Positions 30,149 through 39,810 of a stretch of DNA of 64,000 nucleotides are shown here, one piece after another. The translations under genes and the position numbers were made by a program. The notes below the pieces were generated by a model. The model did not search any database. It was given only the letters and a program-made list of their open reading frames with translations, and was not told where the DNA came from. Every line of letters starts with the position of its first letter. Position 1 is the first letter of the stretch. Source of the stretch: Candidatus Latescibacterota bacterium. Its GTDB lineage: Bacteria > Latescibacterota > UBA2968 > GCA-2709665. The stretch covers positions 2,592,001-2,656,000 of the forward strand of contig OZ244744.1 of the NCBI GenBank assembly GCA_965219455.1. The letters are read 5' to 3'.

Positions 30149-32629
30149 TTACTCATACCGCAGCGCGTCCACGGGATTTGCCCGGGCCGCCCGGTTGACT
30201 TGAAGGCCCACCGCGAGGAGCACCATGAGGAGCATGAGCAGGCCTCCCAGCAGAAACGTCCCCACCCCGGGATCCACGCGGTACGCGAAATCCTGCAGCC
30301 AGCGCTCCGCCGCGACGTACGTGGCAGGCCATGCGATCACAGCGGCGATGCCGACGAGGACCACATATTCCCGGGCCAGCAGGGAGACGATTCGTGACGT
30401 TGGCGCGCCCACGACTTTCCGGATCCCGATTTCCTTCGTGCGCCGGGCGACGGTGAGTGACGTCAGCCCGAAAGCGCCCACGCAGGCGATGAATACGGCG
30501 AAGAACGTTGCGTAACCCGCGATTCTGAACCATCGTCGTTCCTCACGGTATTGACGGTCTATTTCCTCATCCAGGAAATTATGGTCAAACGGAACATCCG
30601 GAACGATTTCACCCCACTTCTCTCTCAAGAAATCAAGTGTGTCGTGGACATTGTCCGGGCGAATCCGAATCATGAGCAGGAATCTGAAGTCCGGCAGGGG
30701 CCGGGCGGACGACGAGGTCGCCTGCAATTGCAACACCGCGGGGCCGATGGCGTGGTGAAGGGACCGGAAATGAAAATCCCGGACGACACCGATAACCGTC
30801 TGTTCCATCCTGCCAAGTCGAATCGTCTCGCCGATAGGCGCTTCCCATCCCAGTTTCCTGGCGAGAGATTCGTTTACAATGACCGATGTCTCCGCGTCGC
30901 TATCTAGCTCGAAATTTCGACCCTCCATTAGCCCGATACTCATGGTTTCGAGGAAACGCGTATCACAGAAAATGCTCTCAACACCTTCCAGTGTCGTCCC
31001 CTTCCAACTGACGTGAGAGCTACTTCGCATTAAACTGCTGAATCCGTGTGCTGTTCTCGTCGTATTCAAGACGGAATGGTATGGCCGGATGGCCGTCTCG
31101 AACGCTTTGGCCAGGTCCATTCTCTGGGATATCCCGAATAGCCGAACGACGACGACATGGCTGGGCTCGAAACCAAGCGGTTTTGATTTCAGCATGTTCA
31201 TCTGTATGGACGCTATGGTCATGCATGTCACCAATGACGTGGAGATGGTCATTTGGAATGCCACGAGCGCACGGCTGAAAAAGCCCATTCGATCCACCTT
31301 GTACCGCCCTTTTAACGCATCGACGGGAAGGAATCCGGACATGAATATTGCCGGGTAACCACCGGCGACGATGCCCACAATCAGAGCCAGGACAAGTAGA
31401 AACACGAGAGAGGTCGAATCCGCCAGATCGGACAGTGCGAATTTCCGGCTGATCAGGCTGTTGAATCCCGGTAGGAACAGTTCGGCCAGCGCCAGCCCGA
31501 GCGCAAGTGCGATCAGTGTCAGCAGGACCGATTCCGCCAGAAGCTGCCTCGCCAACTGCGTTCGCAGACCCCCGGCCACCTTGCGCATTCCGACTTCTCG
31601 GGCACGGGAGAACGACCGGCCAACCGAGAGGTTCGTATAATTGACCGCGGCCACGACCAGCACGAGCATCGCAATGCCCGCCAGGATATACGAATGGGCT
31701 GGATTCCCTGGACGACCTATAGCGCGGCCGAAGCCGACGCCGGTGCCGACGACGTTGGAATTAAAGTAAATGTCTCTAAACGCCAGCAGTTTCAGCTTCT
31801 CCGGCTGTCGGCTTCTCGGCCACGATATCGAAAGGCCGTCAAGCCGGCGCTCCATTTCCATGGGACTCAGATATTCCGGCAGCAAAACATAAGTGTTCAA
31901 GGTGTTCGATTCCCGTTTCTGAACCGCAGGGTTTAACGCGGAGAGAAAGTCAAAGCGAAGGGTGGAATTTTTGGGAATGTCCCTTATCACACCGGTTACC
32001 GTCAATTCCTGAGTCGGACGTTTATCCGACTCGTCCTCTTTGGTTTCAGATGATGGTAGGTTTAGTCCGAAGGAGATCATCCTCACACCGGATCCTCCGC
32101 TTCCAAATTTCAATACCATCGGCTCGACATCCTGAACGGTAATCGACTTTCCGATCGGATCCTGTCCTGAGAAATATCTCTCAGCCATGGTTTCGGTAAT
32201 CACCACATAGTCCGGAGCCTCCAGCGCGGTGGCGGGGTCTCCCTTGATCAGAGGAAAGGTGAAGACGTCCAGAATTGATGGATCTGCCTGAAGGATGTTT
32301 ACCTTCGTGGTCTGACCTCGATCATGGACAATGCGCAGCCCGGAATGCATCCTCACGGAACGGACGTCCGGAAAGGCCCCCGACATTGCAGGCCCCAATA
32401 CCAATGGCGTATTTTCTGAAGTTATGCGGCCTTCAAATTCCGCGTAGACCCGGAAAATTCGATCAGCATTTTCGTGAAACGCATCGTAGGTCCACTCGTA
32501 TCGCACGAACAGGAACGCCAGCAGGCAAAATGATATCGCGATACCCAGACCCACCACGTTGATCGCGGCGTAAACCGGGTGCCGCAGCAGATTCCGATAA
32601 GCCACCTTAAGATAATTCCAGAACATCAA
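30149..32629 (-). CDS. ABC transporter permease, duplicated MacB/FtsX type (P8), close paralogue of P3
   Basis: 826 aa; ~30-aa insertion in the first periplasmic domain. Confidence 0.95.
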   Translation of the reverse strand: MMFWNYLKVAYRNLLRHPVYAAINVVGLGIAISFCLLAFLFVRYEWTYDAFHENADRIFRVYAEFEGRITSENTPLVLGPAMSGAFPDVRSVRMHSGLRIVHDRGQTTKVNILQADPSILDVFTFPLIKGDPATALEAPDYVVITETMAERYFSGQDPIGKSITVQDVEPMVLKFGSGGSGVRMISFGLNLPSSETKEDESDKRPTQELTVTGVIRDIPKNSTLRFDFLSALNPAVQKRESNTLNTYVLLPEYLSPMEMERRLDGLSISWPRSRQPEKLKLLAFRDIYFNSNVVGTGVGFGRAIGRPGNPAHSYILAGIAMLVLVVAAVNYTNLSVGRSFSRAREVGMRKVAGGLRTQLARQLLAESVLLTLIALALGLALAELFLPGFNSLISRKFALSDLADSTSLVFLLVLALIVGIVAGGYPAIFMSGFLPVDALKGRYKVDRMGFFSRALVAFQMTISTSLVTCMTIASIQMNMLKSKPLGFEPSHVVVVRLFGISQRMDLAKAFETAIRPYHSVLNTTRTAHGFSSLMRSSSHVSWKGTTLEGVESIFCDTRFLETMSIGLMEGRNFELDSDAETSVIVNESLARKLGWEAPIGETIRLGRMEQTVIGVVRDFHFRSLHHAIGPAVLQLQATSSSARPLPDFRFLLMIRIRPDNVHDTLDFLREKWGEIVPDVPFDHNFLDEEIDRQYREERRWFRIAGYATFFAVFIACVGAFGLTSLTVARRTKEIGIRKVVGAPTSRIVSLLAREYVVLVGIAAVIAWPATYVAAERWLQDFAYRVDPGVGTFLLGGLLMLLMVLLAVGLQVNRAARANPVDALRYE

Positions 32630-32654
32630 TCGACTCCTCGCGAATCGGATTAAT

Positions 32655-33300
32655 AGATGATGTGTCCGCGCATATGGGCTGGTGAAGGCTTCCGCTGCCC
32701 GTCAACCCGAGAAGACGGGAGATTCTTCGCTCCGCTCAGAATGACATGCGTTACAATAGCAATTTGCGAGATGTTTCGGTCTTACGTTTGCCAGTACTGT
32801 CATCCTGAGGAGGCCGCACTGCCTGCCAGAGAATCACCGGCAGGCTGGCCGACGAAGGATCTACTGCAGCATGGCTTGATCCCCGAGCTTATGGCACTGA
32901 GCCCGACTTGGCAGGCGGCACGTTTGCGCCTACACAGTCAGGGTGAGGCGGCGCGAGTGTTGATGCGTCCTCCCAAACTGTCATCCTGAGGAAGCCGGTG
33001 TGAGGGTGGGGCGGACATTCCTGTCTGCCCACGTCATTGGCGTTCTGTCGGCATGGATACAGATTGACGACGCCGCCAGGCGACGATGTGTCCGCGCATA
33101 TGGTTTTGCCCGCGTGTCGGACGTATGGACAGTTCAGAAGACGGGAGATTCTTCGACTCCGCTCAGAATGACACGACGGTCGATCACCATCCTCGAAAGG
33201 CATCCGGCACACCCTCGCCCAACATGTCATCCTGAGGAGGCCGCTAGGCCGACGAAGGATCTACTGCAGCATCGCTCGATACCTGACCGACAGTCATTCT
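32655..33300. repeat. Composite REP-like cluster in the operon leader
   Basis: Same motifs; 33085-33170 matches 17948-18033. Confidence 0.88.
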
Positions 33301-33432
33301 CACGGACCCAACAGGCGGCACGTCCGCGCCGCTTCAGGGGGCTCAGGAAGACAGGGCAGCGAGCAACAGACTCCGGATGTCCCGCTACGACTGCATCCAG
33401 CATATGACGTACATCGATCCAATAATACCCTG

Positions 33433-33652
33433 AGCAACGGGCGTGCCAAGTGTTTTCGGCTCGATTTTACAGGTACTTAGTGATGCGACGGCGCAAGGGT
33501 CGGCTTTCGGATGTCCGAAAACGATACAGTCATGTCCGAAAATGAACACATGGGGGGCGCCGGTCCTCGAACCGCTTGACACGATAAGTCTCTGTGATCA
33601 TTATGGTTGTGCGCAAATTCGATTCAAGAGGCCTATTGGCACGAAAAATGCG
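33433..33652. promoter_or_regulatory. Divergent sigma-54 promoters sharing a central tandem enhancer
   Basis: Minus TGGCACG-CCCG-TTGCT (33448-33433, consensus); plus TGGCACG-AAAA-ATGCG (33637-33652); TGTCCGAAAACGATACA 33512-33528 and TGTCCGAAAATGAACA 33533-33548. Confidence 0.88.
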
Positions 33653-33693
33653 TCTCTTGATGTGGACTGAGACATTTCCAGCATGAGGCTTCA

Positions 33694-35070
33694 ATGAAAT
33701 CTTTTGATAAGATCCTTATCGTCGATGACGACTGCGACGTGCTGTTGGCCGCACAGCTCTTTCTCAAGCAGCACGCCGGGCGGGTGGATACCGAAACCGA
33801 TCCCAACCGCATTCCCGAACTGCTGCAGAACGACGCCTACGACGTGATCCTCCTGGATATGAACTTTGCCCGGGACGCCACCTCGGGCAGGGAAGGATTT
33901 CACTGGCTGCGGCGGATTCTGGAGATGGATCCCTCCGCCGTGGTCGTCCTCATCACGGCGTTCGGCGACGTCAAGACGGCCGTGCAGGCCATCAAGGAAG
34001 GCGCGACAGACTTCGTCCTCAAGCCCTGGCAGAACGAGAAACTGCTGGCCACGCTGTCCGCGGCGGCCAGGCTACGCCGGTCGCGCCTCGACGTCGTTCG
34101 GCTTCGCTCTCGGCAGAAGCAACTCCACGCCGACCTGGACAGGCAGTTTCCCGGCATCGTGGCCGTCTCTCCGGTCATGCGCGACGTCTTCGAAACCATC
34201 CGGAAGGTCGGCGCCACCGACGCAAACGTGCTCATCCTGGGCGACAACGGAACGGGCAAAGACGCGGTTGCGCGCGCCCTTCACCGGAGATCCGGCCGCG
34301 CGGACCAGGTCTTCATCCACGTCGACCTCGGCGCCGTCCCCGAAACCCTTTTCGAGAGCGAACTTTTCGGGCACAAAAAAGGCGCCTTTACAGACGCCAA
34401 AGAAGACAGGGCGGGGCGGTTTGAAACCGCGTCGGGCGGAACGTTCTTCCTGGATGAAATCGGCAACCTCTCACTGCCGCTTCAGGCCAAGCTGCTCACC
34501 GTACTCGAAAAACGCACCGTTTTTCGCCTGGGCGCCAACAAACCCGTCCCGATCGATATCCGGCTCGTATGCGCCACCAATACGCCCATCCACGAACTGG
34601 CCACCCGCAACGAATTCCGCCAGGACCTGCTCTACCGCATCAACACCGTTGAAATCCGTCTGCCGCCTCTCCGGGACCGCGGCGAAGATCTGCCGCTCCT
34701 CGTCGGCAATTTCCTGGACAGGTATTGCAGGAAATACAAGAAGCCCCGCATCGGCCTGCACCCCCGCACCCTGGGAAAACTCAAAGCCTATTCCTGGCCC
34801 GGAAACGTCCGCGAACTCCAGCATGCCATCGAGCGCGCCGTCATCATGAACGAAAACGGAACCCTGCAACCGGCGGACTTTCCGCTCAGCACGTCAGAAA
34901 CGACCGCGGGCGACCACATTCACTGCGAAGACTTCAACCTCGAACGCATCGAAAAAACCGCGATTCGCAAAGCCATCGAGAAACATCAAGGCAACATCAG
35001 CCACACGGCCGGGGAACTGGGCATCACACGCAGCGCTCTATACCGCAGGCTGGATAAATATGGTCTATAG
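33694..35070 (+). CDS. Sigma-54-dependent response regulator (NtrC family: REC-AAA+-Fis HTH)
   Basis: VDDD and LLDMNF receiver, GDNGTGKD, GAFTDA, FLDEIG, WPGNVREL, C-terminal HTH. Confidence 0.96.
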   Translation: MKSFDKILIVDDDCDVLLAAQLFLKQHAGRVDTETDPNRIPELLQNDAYDVILLDMNFARDATSGREGFHWLRRILEMDPSAVVVLITAFGDVKTAVQAIKEGATDFVLKPWQNEKLLATLSAAARLRRSRLDVVRLRSRQKQLHADLDRQFPGIVAVSPVMRDVFETIRKVGATDANVLILGDNGTGKDAVARALHRRSGRADQVFIHVDLGAVPETLFESELFGHKKGAFTDAKEDRAGRFETASGGTFFLDEIGNLSLPLQAKLLTVLEKRTVFRLGANKPVPIDIRLVCATNTPIHELATRNEFRQDLLYRINTVEIRLPPLRDRGEDLPLLVGNFLDRYCRKYKKPRIGLHPRTLGKLKAYSWPGNVRELQHAIERAVIMNENGTLQPADFPLSTSETTAGDHIHCEDFNLERIEKTAIRKAIEKHQGNISHTAGELGITRSALYRRLDKYGL

Positions 35071-36403
35071 ACACTTTCGAACGCTCTGCATCCTGAGGGT
35101 GGCCTTTCTGTGCGCCACGATCTGCGCCCTTGTGTTCGTCCTCTTTCAGACGTCGTACTACACCACCGTCTTCATCCTCGCCGGCATTGCGGTCTACCAG
35201 GCCTATGCCCTCATCCACTACGTGGAGCGCACGAACCGGGATCTCACCCGCTTTCTGCAGGCCGTCCGGTACGAAGACTTCTCCCAATCCTTCAGCGGCC
35301 GTGGACTCGGGTCCGCTTTCGACGACCTCAAGGAGGCGTTCAACGACGTGTTGAACGCTTTCCGGAGGACACGGGCGGAAAAAGAGGAAAACTTCCAGTA
35401 CCTCCAGACCGTGGTCCAACACGTGGGCGTGGGACTGGTCTGTTACGAACCCGACGGACGCATCGAACTGATGAACACCGCGGCCCAGCGCCTGCTTCGC
35501 AGACCCCATATCCACAATGTACACGAACTTGAACCGGTAAGTAAAACCCTCTCTGAAACATTGCTCGGCCTTCGCCCGGGCGACAGAACCCTGGTCAAAG
35601 TTCAGGACGAGGACGAACTTCTGCAGATCATCATCCACGGCACCGAGATTCGAATGCGGGGCGATACGTATATTCTGGCCTCCGTACAGGATATACAAAG
35701 CGAACTCGAGGAACAGGAAATAGAGGCGTGGCAGAAACTCATCCGCGTGCTGATCCACGAAATCATGAACTCGATCACTCCCATTTCGTCCCTCGCCTCA
35801 ACCGTGCGCGGCCATTTCCCCGAACCCGGACACCCCTCGTCGCTCGATCCCCAAACCCTGACAGACGTGCATACCGCCCTGCAGACCATCCAATCCCGCA
35901 GCGAAGGCCTGCAGCACTTTGTGGACACCTACCGCCAGCTGACGCGGATACCCCGTCCCGACTTCAAGATCTGTCCGGTCGCGAATCTCTTTAACCGCGT
36001 TGTGTCCCTCATGCAACCGGAATGCGACGGTAATCGCATCGCACTGCGCACTGAAGTCGATCCCGAGTCTCTCGAGGTCACCGCCGACCCCGACCTCATC
36101 GAGCAGGTGCTCATCAATCTTCTGCGCAACGCCATGCACGCGCTGGCCGGACGCGACGGGGCCCGCATCGACCTGGTTGCCCTTCTCGACCGGCGAGGGC
36201 GGGTACTCATCCGCGTGCGGGACAACGGACCGGGCATCCTCGAAGACGTGCAGGAGCGCATCTTCATACCGTTTTTCACGACCAGGCACGAAGGATCGGG
36301 TATCGGTCTGTCGCTGTGCCGCCAGATTATGCGCCAGCACCGCGGCGCCATCAGCGTTCAATCCACACCCGAAGAAGAAACCGTATTTACCCTCCGATTC
36401 TGA
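35060..36403 (+). CDS. Sensor histidine kinase (PAS + HATPase)
   Basis: Two adjacent N-terminal TMs, H-box HEIMNS, NLLRNA, DNGPG, FFTT, GSGIGL. Confidence 0.95.
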   Translation: MVYRHFRTLCILRVAFLCATICALVFVLFQTSYYTTVFILAGIAVYQAYALIHYVERTNRDLTRFLQAVRYEDFSQSFSGRGLGSAFDDLKEAFNDVLNAFRRTRAEKEENFQYLQTVVQHVGVGLVCYEPDGRIELMNTAAQRLLRRPHIHNVHELEPVSKTLSETLLGLRPGDRTLVKVQDEDELLQIIIHGTEIRMRGDTYILASVQDIQSELEEQEIEAWQKLIRVLIHEIMNSITPISSLASTVRGHFPEPGHPSSLDPQTLTDVHTALQTIQSRSEGLQHFVDTYRQLTRIPRPDFKICPVANLFNRVVSLMQPECDGNRIALRTEVDPESLEVTADPDLIEQVLINLLRNAMHALAGRDGARIDLVALLDRRGRVLIRVRDNGPGILEDVQERIFIPFFTTRHEGSGIGLSLCRQIMRQHRGAISVQSTPEEETVFTLRF

Positions 36404-36476
36404 TCTCCAGCCTGCCGGGTGGGAGAATTTTGTTGCATCTGAGTCAAGCTTCATGCTGAGAGCACTCAAGTGGCCT

Positions 36477-38015
36477 CTATCCCCAATCCTCCAGTATGGC
36501 CTTCGCGGCGTTGTGCCCCGGCGCCCCGGTCACCTCGCCGCCTGGATGGGTGCCCGCGCCGCAGAGATAGAGGTTTTCGATGGGCGTCGCGTAATGCGCC
36601 CATCCGCCAAGTGGCCGTTGCGCGAGGAACTGGTCCGGCACGATGTCCAGATGCCTGATATTGCCGTCGGTAAGGCCCACCCGGTCCTCCAGGTCATGCG
36701 GTGTGAATAGCGACCAGTCCACAAGAATGTCCCGGAGGTTCGGCGCATACACCGAGAGCGTATCGATCAGACGTTCTCCCACCTCCTCCCGTCGTTCGTC
36801 CCAGGTGCCGTCGCGCGGGCTCACGGGCGCATACAGGACCCAGACGGACATCACATGGTGGCCTTCCGGCGCCATCGTGTGGTCGTAGACCGATGGGATC
36901 TGCACTTCCATCACAGGTTCCATGGCGGGATCTCCACGCCGGGCGTCGTCCCAGGCGCGGGCGAAGTAGTCAATGGACGGGCAGATTTTAATCTCGGCCA
37001 TCCATCGCGGATCAACGTCCGATTCGCCCCTCGCGAAGTCCGGCAGACCCGCGAGCGCCGCGTGGAATTTCAGATAGGCCGTCCTGGTCTTCAGACGGCC
37101 CGCCCTGGCCAGGAATCGCGCATCCAGCGCCTCGGCCGGCAGCAGCTTCAGAAACGTGCGTTTCGGATCCGCGTTGGAGACCACGATCCGGCTGCGAATC
37201 TCCGTGCCGTCGGCAAGCGCCACACCACACGCGCTTCCGTTTCTGACCAGGATTCTTGACACCTCGGCGCCTGTCTGCAACACCGCTCCACGCGCCCTCG
37301 CCGCCCTCGCGAGGGCGTTGGCGATTCCGCCCATTCCCCCCTTCACAATGCCAATGTTCTCCGGCCGGCCGAACACGTTGCATTTGATATACGCATAACA
37401 CCACGCGCTGCCGGTCGCCGCGGGATCCCCCACGTCCTGGGCCTGGATGAACGCGCCCTGAGCCTCGTCGGACTCGAAGAAGTCGGTCACGATATCGGTC
37501 ATACTGGTCGTCAGCAGGCGGTCCAGAAGCGCCTCATCCGGCGTACCCCTCACCCGCGAGGCGATCTCGCTGACCGTCGGCGGCGGCGTCAGGAAATAGG
37601 GATAGATGATCCCGGCGGCGCGTTCCCAGAAGGAAAGCCATTCCGGATAGGCCTCCGCGTCCCTTTGCGAGAATCGGGCGAGTTCCGCCTGGCTGCGTTC
37701 CAGGTCGTCCCAGAGCCGGAGGGCGGAGCCGTCGGGGAAGGGCTGATACCGGGAGGGGTCCAGGTGATAGACGTCGAACCCGTGCTCTCGCAGGCCCAAC
37801 TCGTCGATCACCCGGTCCTGCAAAAGGTGGCAAATGTAGGAGCAGGACGAAAACCGGTAACCGGGAAAGAGTTCCTCGGTCGCACAGGCGCCCCCAAGGA
37901 GGTCCCGCCGTTCCAGTAACAACACATCCATTCCGGCATCCGCAAGGTAGGACGCCGCAACCAGCCCGTTATGCCCGCCTCCCAGGATCACCGCATCGCA
38001 ATCTACCATGGCCAT
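36477..38015 (-). CDS. Phytoene-desaturase-like FAD oxidoreductase (PYROXD2-like)
   Basis: GGGHNGLVAA, LGGACATEE, GGMGGI, YLCGAGTHPGGEVTGAPG. Confidence 0.9.
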   Translation of the reverse strand: MAMVDCDAVILGGGHNGLVAASYLADAGMDVLLLERRDLLGGACATEELFPGYRFSSCSYICHLLQDRVIDELGLREHGFDVYHLDPSRYQPFPDGSALRLWDDLERSQAELARFSQRDAEAYPEWLSFWERAAGIIYPYFLTPPPTVSEIASRVRGTPDEALLDRLLTTSMTDIVTDFFESDEAQGAFIQAQDVGDPAATGSAWCYAYIKCNVFGRPENIGIVKGGMGGIANALARAARARGAVLQTGAEVSRILVRNGSACGVALADGTEIRSRIVVSNADPKRTFLKLLPAEALDARFLARAGRLKTRTAYLKFHAALAGLPDFARGESDVDPRWMAEIKICPSIDYFARAWDDARRGDPAMEPVMEVQIPSVYDHTMAPEGHHVMSVWVLYAPVSPRDGTWDERREEVGERLIDTLSVYAPNLRDILVDWSLFTPHDLEDRVGLTDGNIRHLDIVPDQFLAQRPLGGWAHYATPIENLYLCGAGTHPGGEVTGAPGHNAAKAILEDWG

Positions 38016-38227
38016 GGTTAAGTTCTCCGCTATAGGTGTGGCGCTGTCATCAGTCAGTGATCGGCTCACTGATCGGTTAATTCATGCCGGGAGAGGTGAG
38101 ACGGGAGACGTAAGAGGGCCGCACCACCCGACCATGGATTCGCGGTGTCGTATTTGCAAGGATTGTGGTGTTTGGTTTTTCGGTTCAAGCTGAACGCTGA
38201 TGGCTGACAGCTGACATTCTTGTTCTA

Positions 38228-38548
38228 TTATCGAACACCCCAACCATTCTCCAGAAGCCACGCCCTGACCTGCCGCCGGCAATCTCCCTGCAATTCAATC
38301 GTATCCCCGCGCATCGTCCCGCCCGTACCACACGCTCCCCGCAATGCCCGCGCCAAGTCCTTCATATCTCCCTTCGCCAGCACCAGACCTCCGGCCAGCG
38401 TTACCACCTTGCCCCGCTTCCGTTTCTCCAGCGAAATCCGAATCCGCTGCTCCTCCGGCGCGCGGGAGACCAGCACTTCTACGTCAATGTCAGGCACATC
38501 GTCGGAAACAAACGCCCATCCCTCTCCATAAGTTCGCTTAACCGCCAT
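38228..38548 (-). CDS. yciH: SUI1/eIF1-family translation factor
   Basis: RKRGKVVTL...LRGACGTGGT...IELQGD. Confidence 0.9.
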   Translation of the reverse strand: MAVKRTYGEGWAFVSDDVPDIDVEVLVSRAPEEQRIRISLEKRKRGKVVTLAGGLVLAKGDMKDLARALRGACGTGGTMRGDTIELQGDCRRQVRAWLLENGWGVR

Positions 38549-38599
38549 ATTTCTCCCCTAAAGACAGCCTGAAAGAACAACCATGCGTCTCTTTAATGT

Positions 38600-39796
38600 T
38601 CACTTTCTCTTTGTGCCATCGCCAAAATCGGGCACTGCCGTTAACGCGCCTCCATTCATCGCGGACTCGTGCGCCACCAGCCCCGGAAGCAGGTACCGCG
38701 CCGCCTGCCACACATTATTCGGCGGCGTTTCGCCCGTCGCACACGCCGTCACGAAATCGTGTACCAGGAACTGATGGGCCCCTTTGTGCCCGTTTCCCAG
38801 GCCGATAAACTCCCTCGGCAGCAGGTGTACCGGATGGACCCGCGACACCCCCTGGTGCGTGCCGTCATCTCCCGTGACCGCGCCCATCGGGTCGTCGGCC
38901 GGACCGGCCGGCACGCCTTCACAAGACAATTCCGCAGTCAAATCCACGCACGTTTTCCGGTCCCTGGTGATCCAGATCTGTCCGCCCACCTGCTCCTCGT
39001 ATCCGGCATCGGTTCCATAAAGACTCATTCCCACCGTACCGGGATGCCCGATCCGCCGGAACTCGTTGAAGCGCGCCATACTACCGTCCGACATTCTGCA
39101 CATCATCGTCTGGTTGCTGAACGGGTTCTTCCAGACATTGTCTTCACGCGCATATAGATTATCTTCATGGCGATCCACGAACCCCATTCCGCTCACGTGC
39201 GTGGCATGCGCCCCGGTGACCGACACGATCATACTCGTGGAATGGGTGGGATAATAGAGCGGCGGCGCCCCGTAATACCGCTTCCATTTCTCACCGTGCC
39301 GCCACTGCGACACCGCATACAGTCCGTGAGAATAATCGTGGTAATACTCCGCCTCCCCGTAAACGACATGTCCGAAATCTCCCTTCTGAAAACGGTCCCG
39401 GCAGTAGATCGTACACGGGTAATAGTAACTCGTCTCGCCAATCATATAGATCAAACCGGTCTCCTCCACGGCCTGTACAAGCTCGGAGACCTCATCCGGG
39501 CTCACCGCCGACGGGACCGCCGAATACACGTGTTTGCCGCTGCGCAACGCCTGGACGGCCTGCGGCCCGTGCAGATGATGCTGGGTGATAATCGCAATCG
39601 CGTCAACCTCGGATCCGCACAGTGCATCCAATGACGGATATGTATCCGAAACGTCGAAACGCGTCGATTTCTCCCGCAGTTTCTCCGCGTCCAGATCGCA
39701 CAAAACCAGGTGGTCGACATCCGGATGCGCTTTGAACAACGGGATGAACGAATTCGCGAACGCTCCGGTGCCGCAAATTCCTATACGGATACCCAT
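38600..39796 (-). CDS. Gfo/Idh/MocA family oxidoreductase
   Basis: GICGTGAF Rossmann motif, GKHVYSAVP, YPTHS. Confidence 0.9.
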   Translation of the reverse strand: MGIRIGICGTGAFANSFIPLFKAHPDVDHLVLCDLDAEKLREKSTRFDVSDTYPSLDALCGSEVDAIAIITQHHLHGPQAVQALRSGKHVYSAVPSAVSPDEVSELVQAVEETGLIYMIGETSYYYPCTIYCRDRFQKGDFGHVVYGEAEYYHDYSHGLYAVSQWRHGEKWKRYYGAPPLYYPTHSTSMIVSVTGAHATHVSGMGFVDRHEDNLYAREDNVWKNPFSNQTMMCRMSDGSMARFNEFRRIGHPGTVGMSLYGTDAGYEEQVGGQIWITRDRKTCVDLTAELSCEGVPAGPADDPMGAVTGDDGTHQGVSRVHPVHLLPREFIGLGNGHKGAHQFLVHDFVTACATGETPPNNVWQAARYLLPGLVAHESAMNGGALTAVPDFGDGTKRK

Positions 39797-39810
39797 GAAA
39801 ACCCCATAAG

